This document shows, one piece after another, positions 26,902-35,106 of a stretch of 35,106 nt of DNA. Positions within the stretch are counted from its first letter, which is position 1. Every line of letters begins with the position of its first letter. The translations under genes and the position numbers were made by a program. Source of the stretch: a virus (lineage: Duplodnaviria; Caudoviricetes); the IMG/VR virus record IMGVR_UViG_3300027278_000024, positions 1-35,106 of that record; one strand, 5' to 3'. The notes below the pieces were generated by a model. The model saw only the letters and a program-made list of their open reading frames with translations. It did no database searches and had not been told where the DNA came from.

Positions 26902-27081
26902 ATGACTGCCAAACTGATCGCATACGAGAACGGTGAACTGAACGAAGAGGAGACTCTGAATCTCTTCGAGGAGTTGGTTGCGACTGGCCTCGCGTGGACG
27001 CTGCAAGGTGCATACGGTCGCACCGCGCAAGCGTTGCTGGAGGCTGGCTTGATCGGCCTGCGAGCAGCAGGCGTGAACTGA
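26902..27081 (+). CDS. Small conserved phage protein, 59 aa (IAYENGEL...LVATGLAWTLQGAYGRTA); absent from the ORF track
   Basis: AAAGGAG RBS, ATG at 26902, TGA at 27079-81. Confidence 0.85.
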   Translation: MTAKLIAYENGELNEEETLNLFEELVATGLAWTLQGAYGRTAQALLEAGLIGLRAAGVN

Positions 27082-27172
27082 CGGCACAAGACACGCACGC
27101 TCGCGCATGCGAGCGTGCTGTCCTGCATCGTCGCAGGATTCACTCACAAGAACGCCGCGAAGCGGCAAGGAG
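27079..27172 (+). repeat. Structured intergenic element, copy 7
   Basis: gaca/tgtc; cctgc-atcgtc-gcagg; last hairpin flipped to gccgc-gaa-gcggc; AAGGAG. Confidence 0.9.
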
Positions 27173-27178
27173 AGCACT

Positions 27179-27385
27179 ATGAAGAAGAAGGCAAAGATCT
27201 GGCTCACGCACAACGGCGACCCGTATGTCCGAGGGTTCACTGGTACTGAAGAGGCCGATGATGGACGCACCTTCTACCGTGGAGATCTGGGAGTGCAGAC
27301 GCGCGATTGGTGGCGCGCGTATGCACGAGCGAACGGTTACGAACTCGGCGAGGTGCGCCCGTTCAAGAAGGCGCGCCGCGCGTAA
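27179..27385 (+). CDS. Hypothetical protein
   Basis: ATG at 27179 after AAGGAG. Confidence 0.78.
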   Translation: MKKKAKIWLTHNGDPYVRGFTGTEEADDGRTFYRGDLGVQTRDWWRAYARANGYELGEVRPFKKARRA

Positions 27386-27420
27386 GCACACGCCGCTCAT
27401 GCGGCAGAAAGGTCACTGAC

Positions 27421-27681
27421 ATGAAGACGATTCGGATCATCGGACTCGAACGACTGATGGAGGTGTTGGACGACGACGGCTCGCTGGCTGTTCGCGAGCA
27501 GTCTGAGGTGGCAGAACTGTTAGGCATCTCGCGCCACGCAGTCTCGTATCACGAACGCTCGGCGAAGGAGAAGATCGCGCACGCGATCCGAGAACTGGCT
27601 GCTGGAATGAGGCTGGAGCATGGCGGCGTAGCCGCGCGTGTGCTGGCTCGCTCCGGTCGCAGGAAGGCTGGTGCTCGATGA
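27421..27681 (+). CDS. HTH DNA-binding protein (sigma region 4-like)
   Basis: QSEVAELLGISRHAVSYHERSAKEKI; GAAAGG RBS. Confidence 0.75.
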   Translation: MKTIRIIGLERLMEVLDDDGSLAVREQSEVAELLGISRHAVSYHERSAKEKIAHAIRELAAGMRLEHGGVAARVLARSGRRKAGAR

Positions 27682-28160
27682 CAGCCGGAGAGGATCGGTG
27701 TCTCAAGCAGGGCATCCTGCTCGGGCACGCCATCGCTGTTGTGTTTCAGATGGGTGGAGGAGAGGAGATGCAGACCGGATGGTCGTTCGTCTCTTACGGA
27801 GAGACTCCGATGCGCGCGAGCGATCGGATCCTTCGTGTCGGGCCGCTTCGATCATTCGTGTCTGTGTCTGGCGTTGAGTTCTTCGGAGTTGCTGGAGGCG
27901 GCGTTCAGGAACTCCTTGATCGCATGGCTGGCTCTGATGAGTTCAGGAACGAGCGCGATGATGCTGATGGAGTGCGAGACCTGTCGTGCGATCTCGCCTT
28001 CATGCGCGGCTTCGGTCTCACCCTGAGTGAGTACGGCATTCGACCAACGGTCGAGCAGCAGCGAATCGAAGGCTCGAACACCACAACATATCTGCTCGCA
28101 GCAGTGAAGCACGAGCAGCGAAAGGAGGTGCGTCATGCCGATGGGCCGCGCGCACATTGA
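27678..28160 (+). CDS. Hypothetical protein
   Basis: ATGA overlap with the upstream gene. Confidence 0.65.
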   Translation: MTAGEDRCLKQGILLGHAIAVVFQMGGGEEMQTGWSFVSYGETPMRASDRILRVGPLRSFVSVSGVEFFGVAGGGVQELLDRMAGSDEFRNERDDADGVRDLSCDLAFMRGFGLTLSEYGIRPTVEQQRIEGSNTTTYLLAAVKHEQRKEVRHADGPRAH

Positions 28161-28428
28161 GTTCATCAGATACTGCGTGAGATCGAAGGCCCGTCGAGAC
28201 ATGAAGGCCAAGCCGCACTACGCGGCAGACGCGCTTCGTCGTCTTCGGATTGCCGACGACTGTGATCGCATCATGCAGATGCTGTCACGGAACTGGCGAG
28301 CCGAGCCTCACGAGGTGGCGACGATGCTTGGATGGCAACCTCCACTCGTGCTGTTCGAGGGAAGCCTGAACGATGCCGCGCAGCAATGGCTGGATGCGAG
28401 GCATGCGGACTGGAGAGGGTCGCCGTGA
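28135..28428 (+). CDS. Hypothetical protein
   Basis: AAAGGAGGT RBS before ATG at 28135. Confidence 0.7.
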   Translation: MPMGRAHIEFIRYCVRSKARRDMKAKPHYAADALRRLRIADDCDRIMQMLSRNWRAEPHEVATMLGWQPPLVLFEGSLNDAAQQWLDARHADWRGSP

Positions 28429-28526
28429 CGGAACGCGCCACGCACGCTCGCTCACGCGAGCGTGCTGGCCTGTGCCGTGTGGTGCAGGTGCTTGATTCAA
28501 CACGATGCCAAGCGCATCAGAAAGGA
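28426..28526 (+). repeat. Structured intergenic element, copy 8 (divergent 3' half)
   Basis: tgacgg-5nt-gcca-c-gcacgctcgc/gcgagcgtgc-tggc; cctgt...gcagg; gatgc/gcatc; AAAGGA. Confidence 0.8.
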
Positions 28527-28533
28527 CACTGCT

Positions 28534-29412
28534 ATGACAGTTGCAAAGTGGAATGAAGTGAAGGTCGGAGACTCGCGCCTCGTGCTGCACTGCGGAGCAC
28601 ACGCGGTCACGGAGAACGAGGTGTTCGCGTCGATCACGCCGGAGGCCACGGAGTCGCACTTCCCGATCCCGCACTCGATGCTGCTCCAGAGCGTGACGAA
28701 CACGCTCTCGGATCTGGGTTGGGCCGTTCGCGAATCGGCGCACGCGCTGATGAATGACGGCGCGCGATACTTCGGTCTGCTCGCGATCCGACCGAAGGTC
28801 GAGTCGTCTGTGCTCGCCATCTCCGGTGACGGCACATTCGACTGGGTGATCGGTCTCCGCAACGCGCACGACAAGGCGTTCAGCGCGGACGGGATGCTCG
28901 GCAATCGCGTGTTCGTGTGCGACAACCTCGCGTTCAGCGGAAGGGCTGGAAGCGTGTTTCACTTCGCTCGCAAGCACACGCGCTACATCGAGCGCGATCT
29001 GCCGGGACTGGTTGCTGGGTCGTTCGGCAACATGGCGCGCGCGATGCACGACGAGAAGCGTCGTGTCGAGGTGTATCGAGCGCACGAGATCGGAGACGAC
29101 GATCAGGTGCACGACTTTATGATTCGTGCGATGGATCGTCGTGCGATCACTCCGCAGCAACTTCCGCATGTGCTGAAGGAGTGGCGGCGCGATGACGGCC
29201 CGGGTGGTCTGGGCGAAGCCGCTCGTGAGCGAGACCCGGCCTTCGAGGCTCGCACTGCTTGGAGGCTGCTGAACTGCTTCACCGAGGTGGAGAAGCAGCG
29301 GCCATCGCCCGTCGCGAGCCCCGCTCGCAACGCGCGTCTGGTTGGTCTGCTCGATGGCCTCGTCGGCCTGTCGAGCAGCGCGGATACGGTGATCGACGCT
29401 GAGGTCGCCTGA
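28534..29412 (+). CDS. DUF932-like phage/plasmid protein
   Basis: TESHFPIPH, GLRNAHD, RVFVCDN, RKHT and TAWRLLNCFTE motifs. Confidence 0.75.
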   Translation: MTVAKWNEVKVGDSRLVLHCGAHAVTENEVFASITPEATESHFPIPHSMLLQSVTNTLSDLGWAVRESAHALMNDGARYFGLLAIRPKVESSVLAISGDGTFDWVIGLRNAHDKAFSADGMLGNRVFVCDNLAFSGRAGSVFHFARKHTRYIERDLPGLVAGSFGNMARAMHDEKRRVEVYRAHEIGDDDQVHDFMIRAMDRRAITPQQLPHVLKEWRRDDGPGGLGEAARERDPAFEARTAWRLLNCFTEVEKQRPSPVASPARNARLVGLLDGLVGLSSSADTVIDAEVA

Positions 29413-29416
29413 TACA

Positions 29417-29464
29417 GAACAAGGCGGAGGTGCGGTGGGTCATCCACGCACCTCCGCCTGTTCG
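29417..29464 (+). other. Long hairpin (terminator or processing site)
   Basis: aggcggaggtgc...gcacctccgcct inverted repeat; no clear U tract. Confidence 0.5.
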
Positions 29465-29520
29465 TACCGCTCCGAACAACGGCGTTCGGAGTCTAGCCAC
29501 TAACAACACGAAGGAGAACT

Positions 29521-29721
29521 ATGAACACTGAAATGGTCACGACGCGCGATGTGGCTGATGCGTATGGAGTCTCGATCCGTCGCATCAATCAGATCGCGAA
29601 CAAGCGAGGCATCGAGCCTCGCAAGGCAGGGCATGTCAACCTGTGGACAGCGCGTCAGGCTCGGCTGCTGAAGCCAGAGCGATCGGCGCATCTGTCGAAG
29701 CGGATTGGAGGCGCGCGATGA
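29521..29721 (+). CDS. Small HTH (excisionase/MerR-like) DNA-binding protein
   Basis: TTRDVADAYGVSIRRINQIA; AAGGAG RBS. Confidence 0.78.
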   Translation: MNTEMVTTRDVADAYGVSIRRINQIANKRGIEPRKAGHVNLWTARQARLLKPERSAHLSKRIGGAR

Positions 29722-30623
29722 TTACAGACAAGCAGCGTGAGGCTCGGATGAAGTCGCTGGGATCGAGCGACGCGCCAGTGATTCTCGGCGTTGATCCATT
29801 CCGAACGCCATACGATCTCTGGCTACAGAAGACATCGCGAGTTCCACAGACGAAGGAGAACGACGCGATGCGGCTTGGAAGCGTGCTGGAGATTCCGTTG
29901 CTGCAACTGGCTGGCGAGCGCATCGGCGCGCGTGTGGTCAGACCGAGCAGCGCATTCGTAGGTTGCTACCCGTACCTCAAGGCCAACATTGACGGCATGG
30001 TTGGAGAGGCGAAGCGAGGCTCGGACATCGTTGAGGTGAAGACGACGAGCAGCACCGAGGGTTGGGGAACTGAGGGAACCGATCAGGTTCCTGATCGCGT
30101 GCGAGTGCAGGTGGCGTTCCAGATGTCGTGCGCGAGCGCGAATCTGGCGCACATCGCCTGCCTCACTGGAGCCTTCGGTCTTCAGTTCAAGATGTACAGG
30201 ATTCCGTATGACGCGGACTTCTGTGGGTATGTGATGGAACGGTGTGACGCATGGTGGCGCAAGCACATCGAGGGCGGAGAGCCGCCGCCAGAGCGAGGAA
30301 CGCTCGACCTGCTCAAGCAGGTGCGCCGCACGGATGAGGCGGTGAACTTGGATCCGGCACTGTTCGAGGAAGAGCGTCGGCTCGCATCGGCACTGGCAGA
30401 TGCGGAGAAGGCGCATGAGGCTGCGAAGGCGCGGCTCGTCACTGCACTTGGATCTGCTCGTCGCGGATTCGGTGGTCAGCACTCGATCAGCGTGATCGAG
30501 GTCGAGACTGACAGATTCGATCGCAAGGCATTCGAGGCGGAGCACGCCGATCTGGCTCGACAGTATGTCGTGCCGTCGTCGTACTCTCGCATCGACATTC
30601 GCACCAAGAAGGAGAAGCCATGA
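29718..30623 (+). CDS. YqaJ / lambda-exonuclease family recombination nuclease
   Basis: LGSSDAPVILGVDPF.TPYDLW..K, G..LE, ANIDG, EVKT and QVAFQM motifs. Confidence 0.93.
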   Translation: MITDKQREARMKSLGSSDAPVILGVDPFRTPYDLWLQKTSRVPQTKENDAMRLGSVLEIPLLQLAGERIGARVVRPSSAFVGCYPYLKANIDGMVGEAKRGSDIVEVKTTSSTEGWGTEGTDQVPDRVRVQVAFQMSCASANLAHIACLTGAFGLQFKMYRIPYDADFCGYVMERCDAWWRKHIEGGEPPPERGTLDLLKQVRRTDEAVNLDPALFEEERRLASALADAEKAHEAAKARLVTALGSARRGFGGQHSISVIEVETDRFDRKAFEAEHADLARQYVVPSSYSRIDIRTKKEKP

Positions 30624-31387
30624 CACGCACGAAGGACAAGATCGTTGAGCACATGAACGCACCCAACCAGCACGCGATCGACCTCAAGGAAGAGATCGAC
30701 AGCCAGACTCGCACTTGGGAATGGCGACTGGTCGCGGCTCAGGCCGCGATGTCTCGCGTGGTGAAGGACTCACGCGTTGCATTCGGCAACCAGCGATACG
30801 CCTACACGAGCGCGGAGGACATGATCGGCGCGTGCCGCGAAGCACTTCTCAGTGCGGGCCTCGCACTGACGCGCTCGTGGGACATCGTTCACTCTGAGCA
30901 TGGGACTGTGGTGCTGAGTCACTTCTCGCTGCACCACACGAACGGAACGGTGTCGATGGGATCGTGCCCCTTCCCTGTCATCGGACAGAACGGAAAGGGT
31001 GAGGACAAGAGTGTTGCTACCGCACTGACGAGTTCGCTGGCGTACTTCCTTCGTGACCTGCTGATGGTTCCGAAGGAGGACGACGCGCAGCAGATGGTCA
31101 AGGCTCCAGAGATGGATGCGCGTGACGACCGAACTCAGAATGGCGCGCAGGTGATTGGCGTTCAGGGCACAGTCGCGCTGCTTCGGAAACTCAAGGCGGC
31201 GAATGCGACCGTCGCTGAGGTCGTCGAGGTGATGGCGAAGGCGGGACTGCATCCGCCAGAGAATCTTGAGCAGTGGCCTCGCACGCTCCTGCCTCGAATC
31301 GACAAGTGGCTTGAGAAGCGCGTGGCAACCGTTGACAGTGGAAAAATCTCGGATTCACCACAGCAGGCGGCTGGAGTCGAGGCATAA
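30620..31387 (+). CDS. ERF-family ssDNA annealing protein
   Basis: VVKD......Y.YTSAED...REAL...GL and DKSVATALT..LAYFL..LL.VP.EDD; paired with the exonuclease. Confidence 0.8.
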   Translation: MTRTKDKIVEHMNAPNQHAIDLKEEIDSQTRTWEWRLVAAQAAMSRVVKDSRVAFGNQRYAYTSAEDMIGACREALLSAGLALTRSWDIVHSEHGTVVLSHFSLHHTNGTVSMGSCPFPVIGQNGKGEDKSVATALTSSLAYFLRDLLMVPKEDDAQQMVKAPEMDARDDRTQNGAQVIGVQGTVALLRKLKAANATVAEVVEVMAKAGLHPPENLEQWPRTLLPRIDKWLEKRVATVDSGKISDSPQQAAGVEA

Positions 31388-31712
31388 TGCTCGACCCCAT
31401 CTGATCGCCATCGCTCTCATGGCGCGACTCCTCAGGGAGTGAGAGCAGCGAGCCGACATCGCTTCGTTCAGGTCGATCGCGCCAGTGTGCTGATGTGCAC
31501 ACGCTGGCAGAGTCAGGGATGTGGCGACTACCCTGATCCGCTCTAGTAGAGCGCGCTCCACAGTACAGGAAGCGACTGCACAGCGAGCAGTGAAATGGTG
31601 AGATGTACTGCATGCGACCGATGCCGTGACAAGCAACGCGCCGCAGGCGACCGAGTAGTTGGGTCGCCTGCTCACTCCGCCGCAACAAGCAAACGAACGG
31701 AAGGATTCGATC

Positions 31713-32552
31713 GTGAAGAAGAAGAAGCAGATGGGTGTGATCGAGACTGGTACGCAAGAGATTCCGCTGACGAGCCTGACTCTCGTAGCGGACACGCAGG
31801 CTCGAACTGGGCTGCGTGAGAATGTGCTGGAGGACTACGCGGAGGCGATGCGCGATGGCGCAAAGTTCCCTCCGATCAGTGTGGTGTCCGATGGCTCGAC
31901 GACATGGGTCTGGGATGGTTGGCATCGCGTGGTTGCTGCTCGCAGCATCGACGCGAATGCTGACATCGCGGCAAGCGTCATTCACGGAACGCTTGACGAT
32001 GCGATCTGGTTGGCCGCGTCTGCCAATCGAACGCATGGATGCAGGCGCACCAACACCGACAAGGTGCGTGCGCTGATGCTGGCTCTACGCGTCAGGCCAG
32101 ACGAGTCTCTCCGCGTGATCGCCGAGTGGTGCGGCGTATCGCACGAGATGGTCAGGCAGTACAAGCAGAGCCTGCAAGCCTCAGCAGAGATCGAGCAGGC
32201 TGCTGTGGAGGTCGCAGACGGTCAGGGTGTCGAAGTGATCGAGGAAGGAACGCCAGTGTCGCAAGCGATGTCTGGTGCTCAGGCCGCGATCTCTCTCGTC
32301 TTGAAGGCGATTGATGCTCTGGAGACGAAGGTCGAGGCTCTCGCAGACTCGAAGCACGGAGCGTGGATCAATCGCCAGTCTGTGATGAGCGATATCTCGA
32401 ACGCTCGGAGCGCAGTCGCCCACGCGGCTCCGCACGAGCAGTGCCCGGTGTGTGTGGGATCCGGGTGCGCGACCTGCCGTGAACTCGGTTGGGTGTCACG
32501 CAAGCAGTGGCAACTCATTCCGAAGCGGAAGACTGGTGAACGCGGCAACTGA
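31713..32552 (+). CDS. ParB-like N-terminal domain protein with HTH and C-terminal CxxCxGxGCxxC zinc finger
   Basis: FPPISV...DGWHRV, AN..HG, SLRVIAEWCGVSHEMV, CPVCVGSGCATC; GTG at 31713 after AAGGA. Confidence 0.8.
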   Translation: MKKKKQMGVIETGTQEIPLTSLTLVADTQARTGLRENVLEDYAEAMRDGAKFPPISVVSDGSTTWVWDGWHRVVAARSIDANADIAASVIHGTLDDAIWLAASANRTHGCRRTNTDKVRALMLALRVRPDESLRVIAEWCGVSHEMVRQYKQSLQASAEIEQAAVEVADGQGVEVIEEGTPVSQAMSGAQAAISLVLKAIDALETKVEALADSKHGAWINRQSVMSDISNARSAVAHAAPHEQCPVCVGSGCATCRELGWVSRKQWQLIPKRKTGERGN

Positions 32553-32579
32553 GGTTGTCGCTGATCGAGGTGGAACTGG

Positions 32580-32613
32580 GACGGCGGGTGATTCACGGGA
32601 ATCATCCGCCGTC
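32580..32613 (+). other. Hairpin between the ParB-like and helicase genes
   Basis: gacggcgggtgattc-acgg-gaatcatccgccgtc. Confidence 0.55.
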
Positions 32614-32635
32614 TCTCATTACCGAAAGGGCAAGC

Positions 32636-34282
32636 ATGGAACTTCGCAAGTATCAGGACGACGCTGTGCGCGCGGCGATGGAATCGCTGCGCGGTGGCGG
32701 CTCGACACTGCTCGTGATGGCAACTGGTCTGGGCAAGACGGTCGTGTTCTCTGAGATCATTCGGCGATACATGGCTCAGGGCACTGGCAGGCGCGCGCTG
32801 GTGCTGGCGCATCGAGCCGAACTCATTCATCAGGCTGCGGAGAAGATCCGCGCGATCGTTGGATGCGATGTCGAGATCGAGATGGGAGATCTGCGAGCGC
32901 ATGAGGATCGCTTCTACCGCGCTCCTGTCGTCGTGAGCAGCGTGGCTACTCAGGTCGCCGGGAGCGGTGATCGGAAGCGCATGCACAAGTTCAACCCTGA
33001 GCACTTCGGGATTGTCGTCGTCGATGAGGCGCATCACGCTGTCGCTGGATCGTATGAGCGAACGCTCGCGCACTACATGCAGGGCAACCGTTGCAGGCTG
33101 CTTGGAGTGACTGCGACTCCCGATCGAGCCGACGAGATTGCGCTCGGCAAGGTCTTTGGCTCAGTGTGCTTCGAGTACGGGATCAGGCAGGGCATCGAGG
33201 ATGGCTGGCTCGCTCCGATCATGCAGCGAATGGTCAGTGTGCGATCGTTGGACTACAGCCAGTGCCGCACGACCGCTGGAGATCTGAACGGCGCAGACCT
33301 CGATGGAGTGATGCAGTACGAGGAGACCCTGCATGGGATGGTGTATCCGACGATCGAGATCGCTGGAGACCGTCGCGGACTCATCTTTGCGGCCAGTGTG
33401 GCGCACGCGGATCGCGTCGCCGAGATCATCAACCGACACCGTGCCGGGTCTGCTGTCTCTGTCAACGCATCGACTCCGGCAGACGATCGAAGGAACCTGT
33501 TCCGTGGATTCTCCGAGGGTCGATACCAGTGGCTCGTGAATGTGGGTGTGGCTACCGAGGGCTGGGATGACTCGGCACTCGATCGGCGCGGCGTGCAGAT
33601 CGTCGCGATGATGAGGCCAACCAAGTCACGCGCTCTGTACTCGCAGATGATCGGTCGCGGCACGAGGCCGCTTCCGGGCTGCGTCGATGGGATCGAAGGG
33701 GCAGATGCGCGCCGTCGAGCGATCGCATCGAGCGCGAAGCCTCACATCACGGTGCTCGACTACTGCGGCAACGCTGGCCGCCATCGCTTGGTTCACTGTG
33801 CAGACGCGTTGGCTGGCAAGGATCGAGATGTGATTGCCGACCGCGCTGGTGCTGCGATGCGTCGTGATGCCGTGGACGCTGATGTGGATGTGCTCGCGCT
33901 GATGACGCGCGAGGAGGCTGAGTTGAAGCGCGAGCAGGAGGCCGAGCGTCGTCGAGGGCTTCGGGTGAAGGCCGCATATGTGAGCGCGCTGATCGACCCA
34001 TTCGCTCTAGTCGATCTCGCTCCTGATCGACAGCAGGCATGGGAGAAGGGGATCCCTGCATCGGAGAAGCAGTTGAGTGTGCTCCGTAGGCTGAAGGTTG
34101 GAATCCCTGACAGGCTCACGCGCAAGGAGGCGAGCAGGTTGATCGACGCGGCGATCTCGACACCGACACCGAAGCAGTCTGCTGTGCTGCTGAGGGCTGG
34201 ACTCGATCCAGCGAACTACGACAGGCGATCTGCCAGCGCGGCGATCGACCAGATCATGCAAGGCAAGGAGGCAACCAGATGA
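32636..34282 (+). CDS. Superfamily 2 (DEAH) DNA helicase
   Basis: LRKYQ, MATGLGKT, VDEAHH, VTATP, TEGWD and QMIGRGTR; ATG at 32636 after AAAGGG. Confidence 0.95.
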   Translation: MELRKYQDDAVRAAMESLRGGGSTLLVMATGLGKTVVFSEIIRRYMAQGTGRRALVLAHRAELIHQAAEKIRAIVGCDVEIEMGDLRAHEDRFYRAPVVVSSVATQVAGSGDRKRMHKFNPEHFGIVVVDEAHHAVAGSYERTLAHYMQGNRCRLLGVTATPDRADEIALGKVFGSVCFEYGIRQGIEDGWLAPIMQRMVSVRSLDYSQCRTTAGDLNGADLDGVMQYEETLHGMVYPTIEIAGDRRGLIFAASVAHADRVAEIINRHRAGSAVSVNASTPADDRRNLFRGFSEGRYQWLVNVGVATEGWDDSALDRRGVQIVAMMRPTKSRALYSQMIGRGTRPLPGCVDGIEGADARRRAIASSAKPHITVLDYCGNAGRHRLVHCADALAGKDRDVIADRAGAAMRRDAVDADVDVLALMTREEAELKREQEAERRRGLRVKAAYVSALIDPFALVDLAPDRQQAWEKGIPASEKQLSVLRRLKVGIPDRLTRKEASRLIDAAISTPTPKQSAVLLRAGLDPANYDRRSASAAIDQIMQGKEATR

Positions 34283-34524
34283 CCGAGGTGGAACCGAAGT
34301 ACAAGACAGACGAGTTCGTGTTCGTCCGTGCACGCGTTGTGAAGCACGCCAGTCAGATCCCAACGCTTCAAGGATTGCAGGGCACTCAGAATGAGTGGGT
34401 GCTTGCGATGGTGAACGGTGCTGGGAAGGAACTGATGGACACTCCGATCCTCTGGATCGACGAGCGTGCCATCGTCAGTGCGAGCGAGGCTCGCGAGATC
34501 ATCAGCAGGAAGAAGAAGCCATGA
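34279..34524 (+). CDS. Hypothetical protein
   Basis: AAGGAGG RBS; ATGA overlaps at both ends. Confidence 0.75.
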   Translation: MTEVEPKYKTDEFVFVRARVVKHASQIPTLQGLQGTQNEWVLAMVNGAGKELMDTPILWIDERAIVSASEAREIISRKKKP

Positions 34525-35106
34525 GAACCTTCATGCTCACAGATAAGCGCACTGGGGAGGTCGTCTTCGACGGTGTGGAGGCGAGCCGATCTCTCCCGTG
34601 CTGGGTGTGCGGCGATCGCCATCGTAATCAGGGCTGGTGTCTGCTGGATGTCGAGAGGCGCGTGGCGATCTGCCCACGCGTCGAGAGCCAGCGTCGGATC
34701 GGCGAGGCTGGTTGGTGGCATGGAGACGGCTCGAAGGCTTCCTCCGCATCGCTGGTGAGCCACTCAAGGCCAGCACGCGAAGAATCGTCGATCGACTGGG
34801 CTGCTCGATGGTCTGACGCGGTTCAGGCAGCGCGCCAGTCTGATGTCGCCGCTCTGGCTGCAAGTCTCAGGCTTACGCCTGAGGCAGTAGGGGCATCCAT
34901 CGAGGTCGGCATCGAGCGGAACCAGTCTGGGGAGCGTTCATGCTGGGCATTCGCGATGCGGGACGCTTCTGGCTCGGTGTGTGGCCTGAAGTTGCGGATG
35001 AGTGACGGTCGCAAACTCTGCGCGAAGGGATCGCGGCTCGGCATCATCCGCTCGCGAGGCTTCTCCTCTGGGTCTGGAGACCTGTACATCACCGAGGGGG
35101 AGTCGG
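34521..35106 (+). CDS. Primase (Zn-binding + TOPRIM), truncated by the window end; absent from the ORF track
   Basis: Translated by hand: MRTFMLTDKR...PCWVCG...WC...IC.R...FAMRDASGSVCGLKLR...LYITEGES; the frame stays open to the end of the window. Confidence 0.8.
   Translation, partial: MRTFMLTDKRTGEVVFDGVEASRSLPCWVCGDRHRNQGWCLLDVERRVAICPRVESQRRIGEAGWWHGDGSKASSASLVSHSRPAREESSIDWAARWSDAVQAARQSDVAALAASLRLTPEAVGASIEVGIERNQSGERSCWAFAMRDASGSVCGLKLRMSDGRKLCAKGSRLGIIRSRGFSSGSGDLYITEGES

Noticed and set aside
24115-28526. Repeats as a CRISPR array
   Set aside because: The intervening sequences are whole genes of variable length, the repeats conserve structure rather than sequence, and there are no cas genes.
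24115-28526. Repeats as integron attC sites
   Set aside because: No RYYYAAC/GTTRRRY ends, three hairpins rather than one, and no integron integrase in the window.
31421-31484. tRNA-like cloverleaf (ggcgcga/tcgcgcc stem, 5-bp stem with 7-nt loop, TTCAGGT loop)
   Set aside because: Only 64 nt, a 3-bp T stem, no variable loop, no U8/U33, and it competes with another helix. Not called as a tRNA; tRNAscan-SE or ARAGORN would settle it.

Overview
The window is about 35 kb of a GC-rich, HK97-type long-tailed (siphovirus-like) phage genome or prophage, with all credible genes on the + strand. Positions 162-23529 hold the packaging and virion module: terS, terL, portal, prohead protease, two capsid-fold genes, head-tail joining genes, two tandem tail-tube paralogues, a -1 frameshifted tail chaperone, tape measure, tail-tip/fibre genes and a holin/spanin-like cassette. 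From 23590 on there is a sigma70 promoter with a boxA-like site, a ~590-nt structured leader, a string of small genes, then YqaJ exonuclease, ERF, a ParB-like protein, an SF2 helicase and a truncated primase. Two candidate undescribed systems stand out. (1) Eight copies of a ~95-nt intergenic element with fixed spacing and compensatory base changes (bulged stem, hairpin with a pseudoknot pairing, RBS-adjacent hairpin) separate the small early genes, downstream of a large multi-branched putative ncRNA. (2) A cargo-cassette array is fused to or follows the portal: three modules each begin with R-x-CGTGAGGFxxGNxCAKGG and carry an unknown domain, a RelA/SpoT-like nucleotidyltransferase and an R-S-E ADP-ribosyltransferase, each followed by a small partner ORF. 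All calls come from reading motifs by eye; no searches or folding programs were run.
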